Below the pieces are notes generated by a model. That model was not told where the DNA came from, ran no database searches, and worked only from the letters and a program-made list of their open reading frames with translations. A program made the translations under genes and the position numbers. A DNA stretch of 64,000 nt from a virus. Lineage: Duplodnaviria > Heunggongvirae > Uroviricota > Caudoviricetes. Where the stretch lies: IMG/VR virus record IMGVR_UViG_3300042908_000811, positions 1 through 64,000 of that record, one strand, 5' to 3'. Below are positions 1 to 10,233 of this stretch, one piece after another (the stretch's first letter is position 1; every line of letters starts with the position of its first letter).

Positions 1-87
1 ATGTCGATAATATGGTAAGTTATAATCGGTACCACCGGCACAAGATTCAATCCGTGCGTCAATGGAAGGTCAAATGGATCACCAAAA
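1..87. repeat. Left copy of an 87-bp perfect inverted repeat (partner 39405-39491); truncated by window edge
   Basis: reverse complement of 1-87 is identical to 39405-39491 base by base. Confidence 0.8.
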
Positions 88-245
88 ACGTCCCAGTGAT
101 ATAGAGATTTCACGCCAGAAGGAGAAATTACATACCCGCAAATTGGATATTCTATATCTTTATTGATATAACAAATTTGAAATTCCCAACCAGCGGCAGT
201 TATACATTTTCCCCCAGCATTGACAAAATCAAGAATTGTGAGCAT
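1..245 (-). CDS. partial ORF (N-terminus MLTILDFVNAGGKC... at 245, runs off left edge through the inverted repeat)
   Basis: ATG at 245-243 minus strand, open to window edge. Confidence 0.3.
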   Translation of the reverse strand, partial: MLTILDFVNAGGKCITAAGWEFQICYINKDIEYPICGYVISPSGVKSLYHWDVFGDPFDLPLTHGLNLVPVVPIITYHIID

Positions 246-540
246 TCAATTTCTCCATAGCAAATTTAAGAGATTCATTTAACCTATCAATAAAAGTAGT
301 ATCTTTAGAGCGAATAAGGTTTTCTTTCAATTCAACTATATTTTTATCACAAGGATCTTCTAATACCTTATTCAAAAGAGTATTATTCATTTAGATACGA
401 TCTCAAAAATTTTAGTTCCTATAGCAATGAATAACCAAACCCAACCAATAATAAATTTATAATTAGTTTCATTATTAGCAGAAGCAATCCAAACTTGAGA
501 AATGATTATACAAGTATAAAAGAATAATTTACTTTCCATT

Positions 541-1158
541 CTAAGTCCAATTTTCCCAAGATTCTAAATTGAAACTAAGGCGAAGATAAATCTTAGGATC
601 ACCTTCATACTTATTACATTCTACCCTAAAACCACCACATTCTGTAGTATAATCCGTTTCTTTAGATTTAAGACATTCGGTTACAGCAGTATTCATTAGT
701 TTTCTAGCGTGTTGGCGAAGTTCATAAATTTCAGGAACTCCATTAGAACCAAACCATTTCCAATTAAGAAAATCCATTACCTTCTTAACTTTTTCGAAGT
801 TGAAGTTATCAAGAATTTCATTAATATCATTGGTTGAATCATTATAGACCGTCTTCTTCGGTTCAATACTCCATCTATAATTTAATTGATCAAATTTTGA
901 GGTTTCGATATCTTCTGGATTTGTCAATAATAAATCATACCAAGGAGTAACATAATCCACATTTAGTCGATATCTAACCTTATCACCTCGTTTATACGCA
1001 TCAATCAATGATTGAGTAAACTCGTCCGGTTTAACCCGATATTCGATATTTTCAAACCAATGCGGGGTTGGAGTATCTACCCAACCAAAATGTTCTTTTA
1101 CTTGAATAGTTTTTCCGTCTGCCCATTGCTTAATCAAATCTTTATGTTTATGCGCCAT
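541..1158 (-). CDS. hypothetical protein 205 aa
   Basis: ORF track; long ORF in minus-strand gene train. Confidence 0.5.
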   Translation of the reverse strand: MAHKHKDLIKQWADGKTIQVKEHFGWVDTPTPHWFENIEYRVKPDEFTQSLIDAYKRGDKVRYRLNVDYVTPWYDLLLTNPEDIETSKFDQLNYRWSIEPKKTVYNDSTNDINEILDNFNFEKVKKVMDFLNWKWFGSNGVPEIYELRQHARKLMNTAVTECLKSKETDYTTECGGFRVECNKYEGDPKIYLRLSFNLESWENWT

Positions 1159-2121
1159 TACTTATTCTCCAATGTTTCAATTTTATGTTTAATACTATCC
1201 ATTATCTCTAGGATTTTATCAACCTCTTGATTGGTCTTTTGAATCAACAGAAGTTGTTCAGTTTCTTTCTGTTTAGCAAAATAAATCTTTTGCCCAATCC
1301 AAACAGCATTGGTAATCATAGCAAGACTTAGTACAAAATAGAAAAGCTTTTCGTTCATATACACCTCAAAAATTCAACAACAAGTATAGTCTACCGTAGA
1401 ACGAAGAAAAAGTCAAGCGATTAGCAACCTTCTGAATTATCTTCTGGAGAAATTGCTGGAGTACATTCTTGAAATGTTGTTTCTCCATAACGTCTTGAAT
1501 AATACCATTTCTTATTACAAGTAGTACAAGTCGTTTCTCCAGAGGTAGTATTACCGTCAGGATTGGTATTATTCCCATGCTTATCGTAAATTGGAGGATA
1601 ATACATGGAAGTAGTCATTCCAATACCGTATTGAAATCTGCAATCTTCTCTTGGGCAATTTGGGTTTGGATTATTCATTGTTAAACCTCGTCAAAATGTC
1701 TTTCTAGTTTATGTTCTTGAATATAAGAACAATAATCAAAAGTATGAGATTCTCTAACTGTAGCAGCAAAATAAAACAATAACAATAAACGACTTACTTC
1801 ATAGGCAGTAATATCTTCTTTGGGATTATACTCATATCGTTTATCTCCATTAGGAAATACAATATGCCCAACAGAAATTTTACCGAAAAAGACGCCAATA
1901 TCTGCGTAGGCACTATCAATTTTATTTTCCATCATCAACAACTCCAATTATCTTACAATGTTTGTCTCTAGGTAATGCTTTTTCACATTCTTTTATTGAA
2001 TCATGGTACTCCGTGAGAGGAGATGAAACCATTCCAACAGAAACCACTATACCCAATAAAAACGCTAAAACTATATTTACGACGGAAATAACAAAACTAA
2101 AATCATTCATCTTTGTTAAAC

Positions 2122-2601
2122 CTAAAACTTTTCTTCAGTCGTTATCAGAAGTTGGTTAGTTTCTTCGTCAAAAGAAACATTAACCCAGTCATCCTTTGAA
2201 ATAGGAAATCTATGAATGATATCGCCAGAGCGGAATTCTACTTCTTCTGCCGATCTAAATTTAGAAAATTCTATTCCACCGTAAATATAGTTGTGGAGAT
2301 TTAGATATCCGCAGTTCATGCCAATACCATATGAATCCATGTAGAAATTAAATACGTCGTACAAAACGTGACGATAACTACCCTGTTCTTCTACATCGCC
2401 TTTATGAATCTTAGAACATACATAAAAGAATGCTTTTAGTTTATCATCATAGGATAGATTATCCCAGAACGATTCGGCATCCTTCTTATATTGTTCGTCA
2501 GATGCTTCTATTTCTTGGCGCAACTTTTCCATTTCTGGAGAATCAAGCATTTCTTTGAAATTTTTCTTTTCGACTTCGTATATTCCTTTTTCTTCAGACA
2601 T
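2122..2601 (-). CDS. hypothetical protein 159 aa
   Basis: ORF track. Confidence 0.5.
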   Translation of the reverse strand: MSEEKGIYEVEKKNFKEMLDSPEMEKLRQEIEASDEQYKKDAESFWDNLSYDDKLKAFFYVCSKIHKGDVEEQGSYRHVLYDVFNFYMDSYGIGMNCGYLNLHNYIYGGIEFSKFRSAEEVEFRSGDIIHRFPISKDDWVNVSFDEETNQLLITTEEKF

Positions 2602-2604
2602 AAG

Positions 2605-3003
2605 TTAATCTCCTAAAACATTCCAAAATCTAAATTGTTCAGACAGTTTTTCTATTACGATATATTTCTCATCACTAGTAAGATTTTTCATTCGATTTTC
2701 TACTACCTTGGTAATATCATCACAAATATCATCATATACTTCATAGGGATCAAAAGTATTAAGATCATCTTCTGATATGTTAAAAATCCTAAAAAATTCT
2801 TCATTATCTATATTTTTTAGAAATGATTCTTTTATTGGTTTTACTTCTTCTTTCTCTAGTAGATCATAAAGATATGTTAAATATGTTACAGATAACCCAA
2901 TATAATATGTATCTGTTTGAATGCTTCCGTGAATCGCTTTTAGATTATTGATTAGATCAGGAATCTGGTTTCTAAATTCGCTCATTTTCCAACCTTTTTC
3001 CAA
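2605..3003 (-). CDS. hypothetical protein 132 aa
   Basis: ORF track. Confidence 0.5.
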   Translation of the reverse strand: MEKGWKMSEFRNQIPDLINNLKAIHGSIQTDTYYIGLSVTYLTYLYDLLEKEEVKPIKESFLKNIDNEEFFRIFNISEDDLNTFDPYEVYDDICDDITKVVENRMKNLTSDEKYIVIEKLSEQFRFWNVLGD

Positions 3004-4059
3004 GAATCATTACGAATATCCAAATCTACAACCTCTCCCCAGATACGCCAGTAGTTGGGGATTTTATCTGGATGGCATCCACGAAAATGTTTCTTATCAA
3101 TTCCCATCGCATCTGATAGAAACTGTTCCACATCATCCCAATTATAATATTCTAAGGTTTGAGGTTTCATAATTTAATGCCCCAAGATTCTATAAATTTT
3201 TTGTTAATAAAAAGTTCAAGGAAATCCGTATAATACATGTCTGTTACGTATCCTCCTGCAAATGTAAATAGAAAGTAGTCTCCTCTTATTCCCTTCACCA
3301 CTAATTCTTGTCTCAAGGTATCTTCGGAATCAAAGGGGTAAAATACCAATGTATCTCCAATTTGAGGACAAGGAGCAAGTCGGAATAACCACCAGCGTTT
3401 AATCCTCCACCACATAAATTTCTATCTTACTTTTTTTGTAGGCAAACAAACTTATATTCTTTCACGGTTCCTCCAACCAATGGATTCCCCTCTTGTCCTG
3501 CTTTTTGACAAGATTCTAATGTAGAAAACCCATCAACAGAATTAAGAGCAACACTATCTCCTTTAGAGAAGGCTCCAGCATAAATAAACATCACTAATAC
3601 ATAACTCATTCATCATCTCCATAAATAAACATCTCAGGAACAGCATCACCCTTTTTCATTGAAATTTCATACTTATTAAGAATTCTATCAAACTCAACGA
3701 TTCCAACCGTCTTACATTTGAGAGCGTGTTGCCTAAATCCACAACCTTCTGATAATACTAGAGGATAATCCTTAAAACGTCTCCAAGATTCATACCAACC
3801 TTCGCTCACAAACATAGCACACCAAAGTTTTTCAAGATGCGTAATCATTATTTTCCTCAATAAAAGAATAATCTTCTTTATCATTGCCATTAACATAAAC
3901 AGGAATTATGTCATATCCTCTATTCTTCCAATATTGATGGTCAAATTCAGTTTCTATGAATACTGGTCCGACAGGTTCAGATTTTTGATTACCAAAAAGA
4001 TAAGGACCAAAATTACCATCACCAACAACAAACCAACCTATTTGTTCCATATTATTTAC

Positions 4060-4509
4060 CTAAGAAAAATATCTTGAAGAAAAGGAGTACCCATCTTCAT
4101 CGTGCCAATAAACATCCTCGTCCCGATATTCTCTCCAAATGTCAGCATACCTTTGTTCTTTTAGAATTTCATCAATGTGATCTAAATTCCTATGCCCATC
4201 GTCACGAACAAAACCAGGAGATTTATAGGTTTCTACCATTTCTACAAATTCTTCATACGAAACAGCCTCGCCGTATTCATCAATGATAGGATTATCCTTG
4301 AGATATTCTTTCCATTGCTTCCAAGACTTTAGTTGAAAGTCTTCTGGAACTTCTAAAGTCTTGTCATCGCTGTCTTCAATATACCCATATTGTCCATCAT
4401 ATCCTCTGAAGTGGAAAGCCCAACCCCAAGAACTTTTGCCGATGTGAATTTTATTGGAACGATTACAACATTCGCATTTGTTGAATTCTGCGTAAAAGTT
4501 AGTGCCCAT
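4060..4509 (-). CDS. hypothetical protein 149 aa
   Basis: ORF track. Confidence 0.5.
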   Translation of the reverse strand: MGTNFYAEFNKCECCNRSNKIHIGKSSWGWAFHFRGYDGQYGYIEDSDDKTLEVPEDFQLKSWKQWKEYLKDNPIIDEYGEAVSYEEFVEMVETYKSPGFVRDDGHRNLDHIDEILKEQRYADIWREYRDEDVYWHDEDGYSFSSRYFS

Positions 4510-4639
4510 ATTTCACCTCTAAATTTCACTTTATATAAATAGTATATACCCATCGGGTAAAAAAGTCAAGTCATAAAAAATGTCCTTCGCGGATCACCAC
4601 AATCCCAAGGACTCTAACGCTTAATAGGAGCATCAGCAT

Positions 4640-5554
4640 ATGTATTTATTTGTCTATAAAACTACACACATCAATGGAAAATATTATATTGGTCGCCATC
4701 AAACCAATGATATAAACGACGGGTATCTAGGATCTGGTAAATGGGTTTCTGGAATAAAAGATAAATTAACTTTATCAAGAGAAATCATCGCAGAAACGAA
4801 TTCAATTAAGGAATTATACGAATTAGAAGAATATTATATAGAAAAATATTGGAATGATCCCTTATGTATGAATATGATTAAAGGATCTAATGGTTATACT
4901 TCAGAGGACAATTTTAGAAAAATCGTAAAAGGAACTCATCCTTTTCAGTCGAGAGAAGATGGAACTTCCTTACAAACGGATCGTGTGAATGCTGGAACTC
5001 ATCATTTGTTAAAAAGAGAAGATGGTTCTTCTTTAACACAAGACAGAGTGAAAGAAGGAACTAATCCTTTTCAGTCGAGAGAAGATGGAACTTCCTTACA
5101 AACTGACCGTGTGAATGCTAGAACTCATCATTTGTTAAAAAGAGAAGATGGAAGTTCTGTTGCATCCGATAGAGTGAAAGAGGGAACTAATCCTTTTCAG
5201 ACGAGAGAAGATGGAACTTCCTTACAACAAGATAGAGTCAATTCTGGAACTCACAATTTTTTAAAAAGAGAAGATGGAACTTCTGTTTCATCAGATAACA
5301 ATCTTAAAAGAGTTGCAAATGGAACTCATAATTTTCTAACAAGATCGGATGGAACGAATTTACAAACCGATAAAGTTGCAAATGGAACTCATCTTTTCCT
5401 ACAAAATAAGGGTTTGGTTCCGTGTTATAATAAACAAGGAGAATACAAACGAATTCCAAAAGAAAAATATCATTCCCAAGTCGGGCTAAAGGAAGATTGG
5501 GAATGGGTGCATAATTTGAGCAAAGAAGGCAAGAGAAGAAAACCTTCGTTTTAA
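4640..5554 (+). CDS. GIY-YIG homing endonuclease (Seg/I-TevI-like) with about 8 tandem 21-aa C-terminal repeats
   Basis: N-terminal VYKTTHINGKYYIGRH...GYLGSGKW GIY-YIG motif; repeated GTHxFxxREDGTSLQTDRV units; lone plus-strand gene in minus block. Confidence 0.7.
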   Translation: MYLFVYKTTHINGKYYIGRHQTNDINDGYLGSGKWVSGIKDKLTLSREIIAETNSIKELYELEEYYIEKYWNDPLCMNMIKGSNGYTSEDNFRKIVKGTHPFQSREDGTSLQTDRVNAGTHHLLKREDGSSLTQDRVKEGTNPFQSREDGTSLQTDRVNARTHHLLKREDGSSVASDRVKEGTNPFQTREDGTSLQQDRVNSGTHNFLKREDGTSVSSDNNLKRVANGTHNFLTRSDGTNLQTDKVANGTHLFLQNKGLVPCYNKQGEYKRIPKEKYHSQVGLKEDWEWVHNLSKEGKRRKPSF

Positions 5555-5929
5555 AGGATTATTCAAAACTCCAATAGTTTATTAGAAATTTCTTCAAGAT
5601 CAGTTGCATTCACTGTCAATACATCTGTTCCGATAACCAAACGAAATTCTAAAAACGCAGGAACACTAATCAGGACAATAGGAGCGAGGCCATGACACAT
5701 GAAGGTATCGACTTTTCCCTGATCGTATTTTGATTTTGATTCCTTATCATCGTGATATGTGTCACGGATATGATTCGCATATTGTACATTCTTTTTGATG
5801 AATTCTGCGAAAGAGTTATACATAGAAGAATCCATTCTAAATTGAGAGCAAGTAGGAATAGATTCCGCTCTATCATTGAATACACCAATCTGTAGAAATG
5901 CGTAACTAACTTGTTTTACAATAATCATT

Positions 5930-6184
5930 TTATTCACATTGTCCTAATAGCATTGCTTCTATTTCTGTAAACTTCTCTTGTACAGGAAATACTTTACCAG
6001 AAGTCAGATGTACGATAGCATTTCCTCTGTAGATTTTATTCTTAAACCGTTCTCCTGTTTCTGGATTGAAGTTGAATGCCATTGGTCCAGTGACCGCAGC
6101 AACTTGATCCTTGTGGAACATTATCTTTCCACAAACTTCTTCACCATACTCGGTAATACGAATTGCTGTCAATTTTATAAACAT
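5930..6184 (-). CDS. small early protein 84 aa
   Basis: ORF track; own conserved promoter upstream. Confidence 0.5.
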   Translation of the reverse strand: MFIKLTAIRITEYGEEVCGKIMFHKDQVAAVTGPMAFNFNPETGERFKNKIYRGNAIVHLTSGKVFPVQEKFTEIEAMLLGQCE

Positions 6185-6230
6185 TTTAGCTTCCTCATTT
6201 CAATCTACTGTAAAGTTCCAACCACAAGAC

Positions 6231-6258
6231 TATTTTACTACAATTTATAGAAAAGTCA
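6231..6258 (-). promoter_or_regulatory. early promoter TTGACT-16-TAAAAT plus conserved leader AGTCTTGTGGTTGG
   Basis: minus strand reads GATTGACTTTTCTATAAATTGTAGTAAAATAGTCTTGTGGTTGGAAC..GAGGAAGCTAAATG. Confidence 0.6.
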
Positions 6259-6444
6259 ATCGTCCTTGTCCAAGTCCCATGCGTATTTTTCTGCATAATT
6301 CAACCGATCCATATGGTCTACAAATTTTTCGCAAAGAGCATACACATTTTTCAGCGAATGAAAATCGTCTCCAGCAAGTTGAGCTTCGAGGTCTGACATC
6401 CTATCGGCATTTGCCACGTAATTTACATAATCCTCAAGCGTCAT
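6256..6444 (-). CDS. small protein 62 aa; near-identical inverted paralog of 49305-49502
   Basis: MTLEDYVNYVANADRMSDLEAQL... vs MTKMTLEDYVNYMANADNMSDLEAQL...; same CAACTGGAGAAACGAAATG leader. Confidence 0.6.
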   Translation of the reverse strand: MTLEDYVNYVANADRMSDLEAQLAGDDFHSLKNVYALCEKFVDHMDRLNYAEKYAWDLDKDD

Positions 6445-6539
6445 TTCGTTTCTCCAGTTGATTTCTAACTATGGGACTATTGTATCTGAACTGACAGGGA
6501 AAGACAAGGTTTTTCTTTCGGGGTTGCCGTAATCATTTT

Positions 6540-6740
6540 TCAAAAAATATCTTTTGAAGATGTTTCCAAAGCTTGAAGTCCATCTTCTTCTGAATCGAAA
6601 TACCCATCCACATAATAATACATTGGTTCTCCATTTTGATGTGTCAAAAACGGTCCGTATGCCCCAATCCAATACTTGCCGTCGGACTCAAACAGCGCAA
6701 CTTCGTTAGTTTCGTTGTGGTATTTTACGAATCTTGACAT
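6540..6740 (-). CDS. small protein 66 aa with cassette-type promoter/leader
   Basis: upstream minus strand CCTTGACTTTCCC..GATACTATAGTCCCATAGTTAGAAATCAACTGGAGAAATCAAATG. Confidence 0.5.
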   Translation of the reverse strand: MSRFVKYHNETNEVALFESDGKYWIGAYGPFLTHQNGEPMYYYVDGYFDSEEDGLQALETSSKDIF

Positions 6741-6974
6741 TTGATTTCTCCAGTTGATTTCTAACTATGGGACTATAGTATCTGAACTGACAGGGAAAGT
6801 CAAGGATTTTCTTTCGGGGTTGCCGTAATTTCGCAATGTTGATTTCTTGGAAGCGTTGATTCGCATTCTTCGATTGCTTTTTGTGTTTTTGAAACAACGG
6901 TGAATGGTAAACTAACAAAAAGATCAATCAATATTATTGCAAAAGACATACCAAATAAAAATGTTGGAGTATCT

Positions 6975-7241
6975 TTATTCATCATTGACCTTTTCATATG
7001 TCATTTCAAAAATATCTCTACGACAAGGATAGATTTCTTCTTTCACCCCTTTGATAATATAATCTCCCGATTGAGCTATCATTCGTCCTTCAAGAGTTTC
7101 AATGAACAAAGTTCCACCCACATTTGGAACAACTTTCTCTTCAACAACGGCATCAACAAACCATTCTGGAAAAGAAATTGCTGCCATTTCGTAATACCAA
7201 ATAAAGGCATCAATTTCAACTGGTTTCTTGCGATATTTCAT
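6975..7241 (-). CDS. hypothetical 88 aa; paralog of 11689-12042
   Basis: shared MKYxKKPxEIDAxxW...TLEG...GDxIIxGVKxExYxCxxDIFxMTYEK pattern. Confidence 0.55.
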   Translation of the reverse strand: MKYRKKPVEIDAFIWYYEMAAISFPEWFVDAVVEEKVVPNVGGTLFIETLEGRMIAQSGDYIIKGVKEEIYPCRRDIFEMTYEKVNDE

Positions 7242-7738
7242 TTTGTGATTCTCTTTAATCTTTCTTCAAAAGTTAAATCTTCATCAAGACTTAATTTAGT
7301 TAAGTCGTATTTTGTATTTTCTTGGATTCTATCGAATATTGGTTCTTGTGGTTCTTGTTTTCTTTTTAGAATACACCAAATATCAGAACCATAAATTGGA
7401 TCATCAATCCAAAGATCATATAACTGTCGTAGTTCTTTTACTTCGATTTCTTCATCATCAGAACATCCCCGAGCGAATAAATCATTACAGTTTACGAACA
7501 ATCCAGTTGTTTTCTTTGCTTCTTCGCACCAATCATCTTCCCACCAATGATTGGTTACAAATATTACCCCATTGATCAATAAATGAGCAAGACCAAATTC
7601 TTCTTCGAAGTTTAATTCTTTTTCTGGTTTGTTTGGATATGTTTGAGAACCGTCTTCATTTTTATATTTTCCCCAATCCAGTTCCCAGAAAATGCGTTTT
7701 GGGTCAATTTCATATTTTAAATCTGGATTGTATTTCAT
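7238..7738 (-). CDS. hypothetical protein 166 aa
   Basis: ORF track; ATGA overlap with downstream gene. Confidence 0.5.
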   Translation of the reverse strand: MKYNPDLKYEIDPKRIFWELDWGKYKNEDGSQTYPNKPEKELNFEEEFGLAHLLINGVIFVTNHWWEDDWCEEAKKTTGLFVNCNDLFARGCSDDEEIEVKELRQLYDLWIDDPIYGSDIWCILKRKQEPQEPIFDRIQENTKYDLTKLSLDEDLTFEERLKRITK

Positions 7739-7920
7739 TTTACAAAATCTCTGGATTGTTTGGAGTATCCAAAATCAAACTAGCAATTATTTCTTTTCTA
7801 ACTTGAGTTTCAAGCACCCTAGCAAACGTATATACATAAGGATTCAAATCCATCGAACCATCTGGCTGTTCTTTGAGTTTGAATCCTTGTTCCAAAGCCA
7901 TTCGTTTAATAGTTGATCTG

Positions 7921-8436
7921 TCAATCATTTACTTTCTCCACAAATTCAATATCAGTTTTCTTGTATCTAAGATGGGTGTGTAATGCCAAACTATCATCCA
8001 TTCGTTGTAGTAATACAGTTTTTTCTGTTACTTCAATAATTTTTTGTTCTGTTAAACAACTTGCTCCTTGTAGTTTAACAAACCATTTGTCACCAACCTT
8101 CAATTCTGGAGGAACAACAAAAGGCGTTGGAATATATGCCGTTTTACTTGATGTAGTTGGTGGAATTCCTGCAAAAGTATGATCTGTAATAGGAGTTCCA
8201 TTCCAAGGAGCAGTCATTGAATCTGGTAAAGGTTTAATATATGTCATTTGTTCATTGTCTTTAGATTTTAAATATTCTTGAAATTCTTTTTCCATTCCTT
8301 CCGAATAATAGACTGGATACCACTCTCCCCCATTCTCCATTTGTTCCCAATCATCTTCAAAATTTCTTCTATATAGACTACCATCATCATCTTCGATGAT
8401 ATGAGATTGTATTGGTTGTATTTTTTTAAATTCCAT
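7921..8436 (-). CDS. hypothetical protein 171 aa
   Basis: ORF track. Confidence 0.5.
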   Translation of the reverse strand: MEFKKIQPIQSHIIEDDDGSLYRRNFEDDWEQMENGGEWYPVYYSEGMEKEFQEYLKSKDNEQMTYIKPLPDSMTAPWNGTPITDHTFAGIPPTTSSKTAYIPTPFVVPPELKVGDKWFVKLQGASCLTEQKIIEVTEKTVLLQRMDDSLALHTHLRYKKTDIEFVEKVND

Positions 8437-8483
8437 AATTCTTTTTCATCCTTTAGCAATAACTGCAACATTTACAGAAAAAG

Positions 8484-8915
8484 TCAAGGTTTATCATTTC
8501 GGGTTTCTATTTCTTTTATGGCATCCTTGAGTGTTTCTGAAAAATTCAATGCAGTCTGCTTTGTAAGAATAGTAGTAGTTTGTAGAGAAATGTATCCATT
8601 CCACCAAATTTCTTTGGTTAGTTTAATTCGTTGATGTAATCCATTGATTAGCGATTGAACGGAATTTACAATGAGATATAAGAACGGATTGTCAATCTTA
8701 TGAGTTTCCCAATTCGCTAAAGTTTTCCACCAATGAGTTTTTGCAGTGGTATGAAAATATACTACGATTTCTCCATACTCGTCGGCTTCTATTTCAAGGT
8801 CAATCTTATCATCTGGATTAGTACACGAACAATTTACTGAATAAAACTTAGCATCCTTGAAATCGTGAGTTAGCATTATACCTTCTGCTGGTTTTTGATA
8901 TTTTGATTTAGTCAT
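8484..8915 (-). CDS. hypothetical protein 143 aa
   Basis: ORF track. Confidence 0.5.
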   Translation of the reverse strand: MTKSKYQKPAEGIMLTHDFKDAKFYSVNCSCTNPDDKIDLEIEADEYGEIVVYFHTTAKTHWWKTLANWETHKIDNPFLYLIVNSVQSLINGLHQRIKLTKEIWWNGYISLQTTTILTKQTALNFSETLKDAIKEIETRNDKP

Positions 8916-9123
8916 TAAATTCTTTCTTCCACATATCAGGATAAACTTCTGAGGTCAAGTCCATTACCCATTGGCAAGGATAATGGCGCAAACACGATAT
9001 TGCTTGTTGTCTAATGTGTTTAGGAACTTTTGGAGTCTTTTTTGGATCAAGTAAATCTAACAGAAACTTTTCTGTTTGAACAACTGACCTGTATCTTTCT
9101 GAACTTATAGTCATGATCTTTTC

Positions 9124-9786
9124 CTATTTTCTCATGGCAGGTCTGAATGAGTATTTCTTATCAAACCCAGCATATTCAATTTTAAATTTATCATCCAACA
9201 CTACTGGCGGATCAATATCGGGGCTACCATTAATTTGGTTTAACATAAAGTAAGAGATATCCTGATAGATTTGTTCAGCGGGATACATTGATACAAAGTT
9301 AATAATATCACCTAGAATCGGAGTATCTGTAGTAAATCTGCCACCCTCAATCACAACTACAGGAGATTTGTGTTTAATGCAGAAATCAAGATTCTTTTGA
9401 GAAAACTCGCCCATATAGTATTCAGGAGTTTTCCTAGGATAAACCTCCCATCTACTACGTTTTCCTTTGAGAAGATTTAGATGTTTTTCTACTTCTGTAG
9501 AATTTTTATAAGCAGTCCATATTTGAGTTTTTGGATATTCGCTTTTTCTGAATAGAAGAAATTTCTTCCCGCAAACAATCAACCAACGGAAATCGTAATC
9601 ATATATAGTATTAGCGAGCCTAAGAACAAGATCAACTTCATCATTTTTAATCTTAGAATCATCATTAAAATATATTTGAGAAAGATCGTTTAATAGATGG
9701 CGCTCATAGACTACTTTTGGATCAGGACCACCAAAATTTGTAGAATAGAAATCGTAATAATCTTTAAACTTCGTTATAATTTTCAT
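9124..9786 (-). CDS. hypothetical protein 220 aa
   Basis: ORF track. Confidence 0.5.
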   Translation of the reverse strand: MKIITKFKDYYDFYSTNFGGPDPKVVYERHLLNDLSQIYFNDDSKIKNDEVDLVLRLANTIYDYDFRWLIVCGKKFLLFRKSEYPKTQIWTAYKNSTEVEKHLNLLKGKRSRWEVYPRKTPEYYMGEFSQKNLDFCIKHKSPVVVIEGGRFTTDTPILGDIINFVSMYPAEQIYQDISYFMLNQINGSPDIDPPVVLDDKFKIEYAGFDKKYSFRPAMRK

Positions 9787-10004
9787 CTTCGGTAATTTCT
9801 ATATCAGAAGCACCAATATCCCAACCATCCACCTTAATCCAATCTTCGGTTTTGTAGGTGTTTGGGATAGTGTGATAGACAATCATCTTCTCTCCAGATA
9901 AACCATGAGTATCAGAACACTCAGAAACTTGGAAACCAATGGATACATTATACTTTTCTAATAACGCTTTGAATTCTTGCTGAAAAGTTTCTTTGTTGTT
10001 CATT

Positions 10005-10199
10005 TTATACCTCAATTTCGTTTACATACGAAACGTCAATAAAATATCTTGAAGATTCAAGACACAATTTTTCTGCCTTTTCTTTATCAGAAAAGACACC
10101 TTGAACGGAAGCACCCATTCCACGATCTTCTTCCAGAACAACATACAAAACATCAGGTTCTTTTACAATTTTCATTTCAGTCTCCATTTTTCCAACCAC
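10005..10199 (-). CDS. small protein, member of the MKV..V.Y../GVF.SxEKA family
   Basis: MKIVKEPDVLYVVLEEDRGMGASVQGVFSDKEKAEKL resembles 17547-17866 and 51149-51854 ORFs. Confidence 0.5.
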   Translation of the reverse strand: MVGKMETEMKIVKEPDVLYVVLEEDRGMGASVQGVFSDKEKAEKLCLESSRYFIDVSYVNEIEV

Positions 10200-10205
10200 A
10201 AGACT

Positions 10206-10233
10206 ATTTTACTACAATCCACAGAAAAGTCAA
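10206..10233 (-). promoter_or_regulatory. early promoter TTGACT-16-TAAAAT plus AGTCTTGTGGTTGG leader
   Basis: minus strand CGCTTGACTTTTCTGTGGATTGTAGTAAAATAGTCTTGTGGTTGGAAAAATGGAGACTGAAATG. Confidence 0.6.

Noticed and set aside
6111-6461. Plus-strand ORF 6111-6461 and minus-strand ORF 49282-49479
   Set aside because: Antisense mirror images of the duplicated small gene pair; they lack promoter/RBS and overlap well-supported genes.
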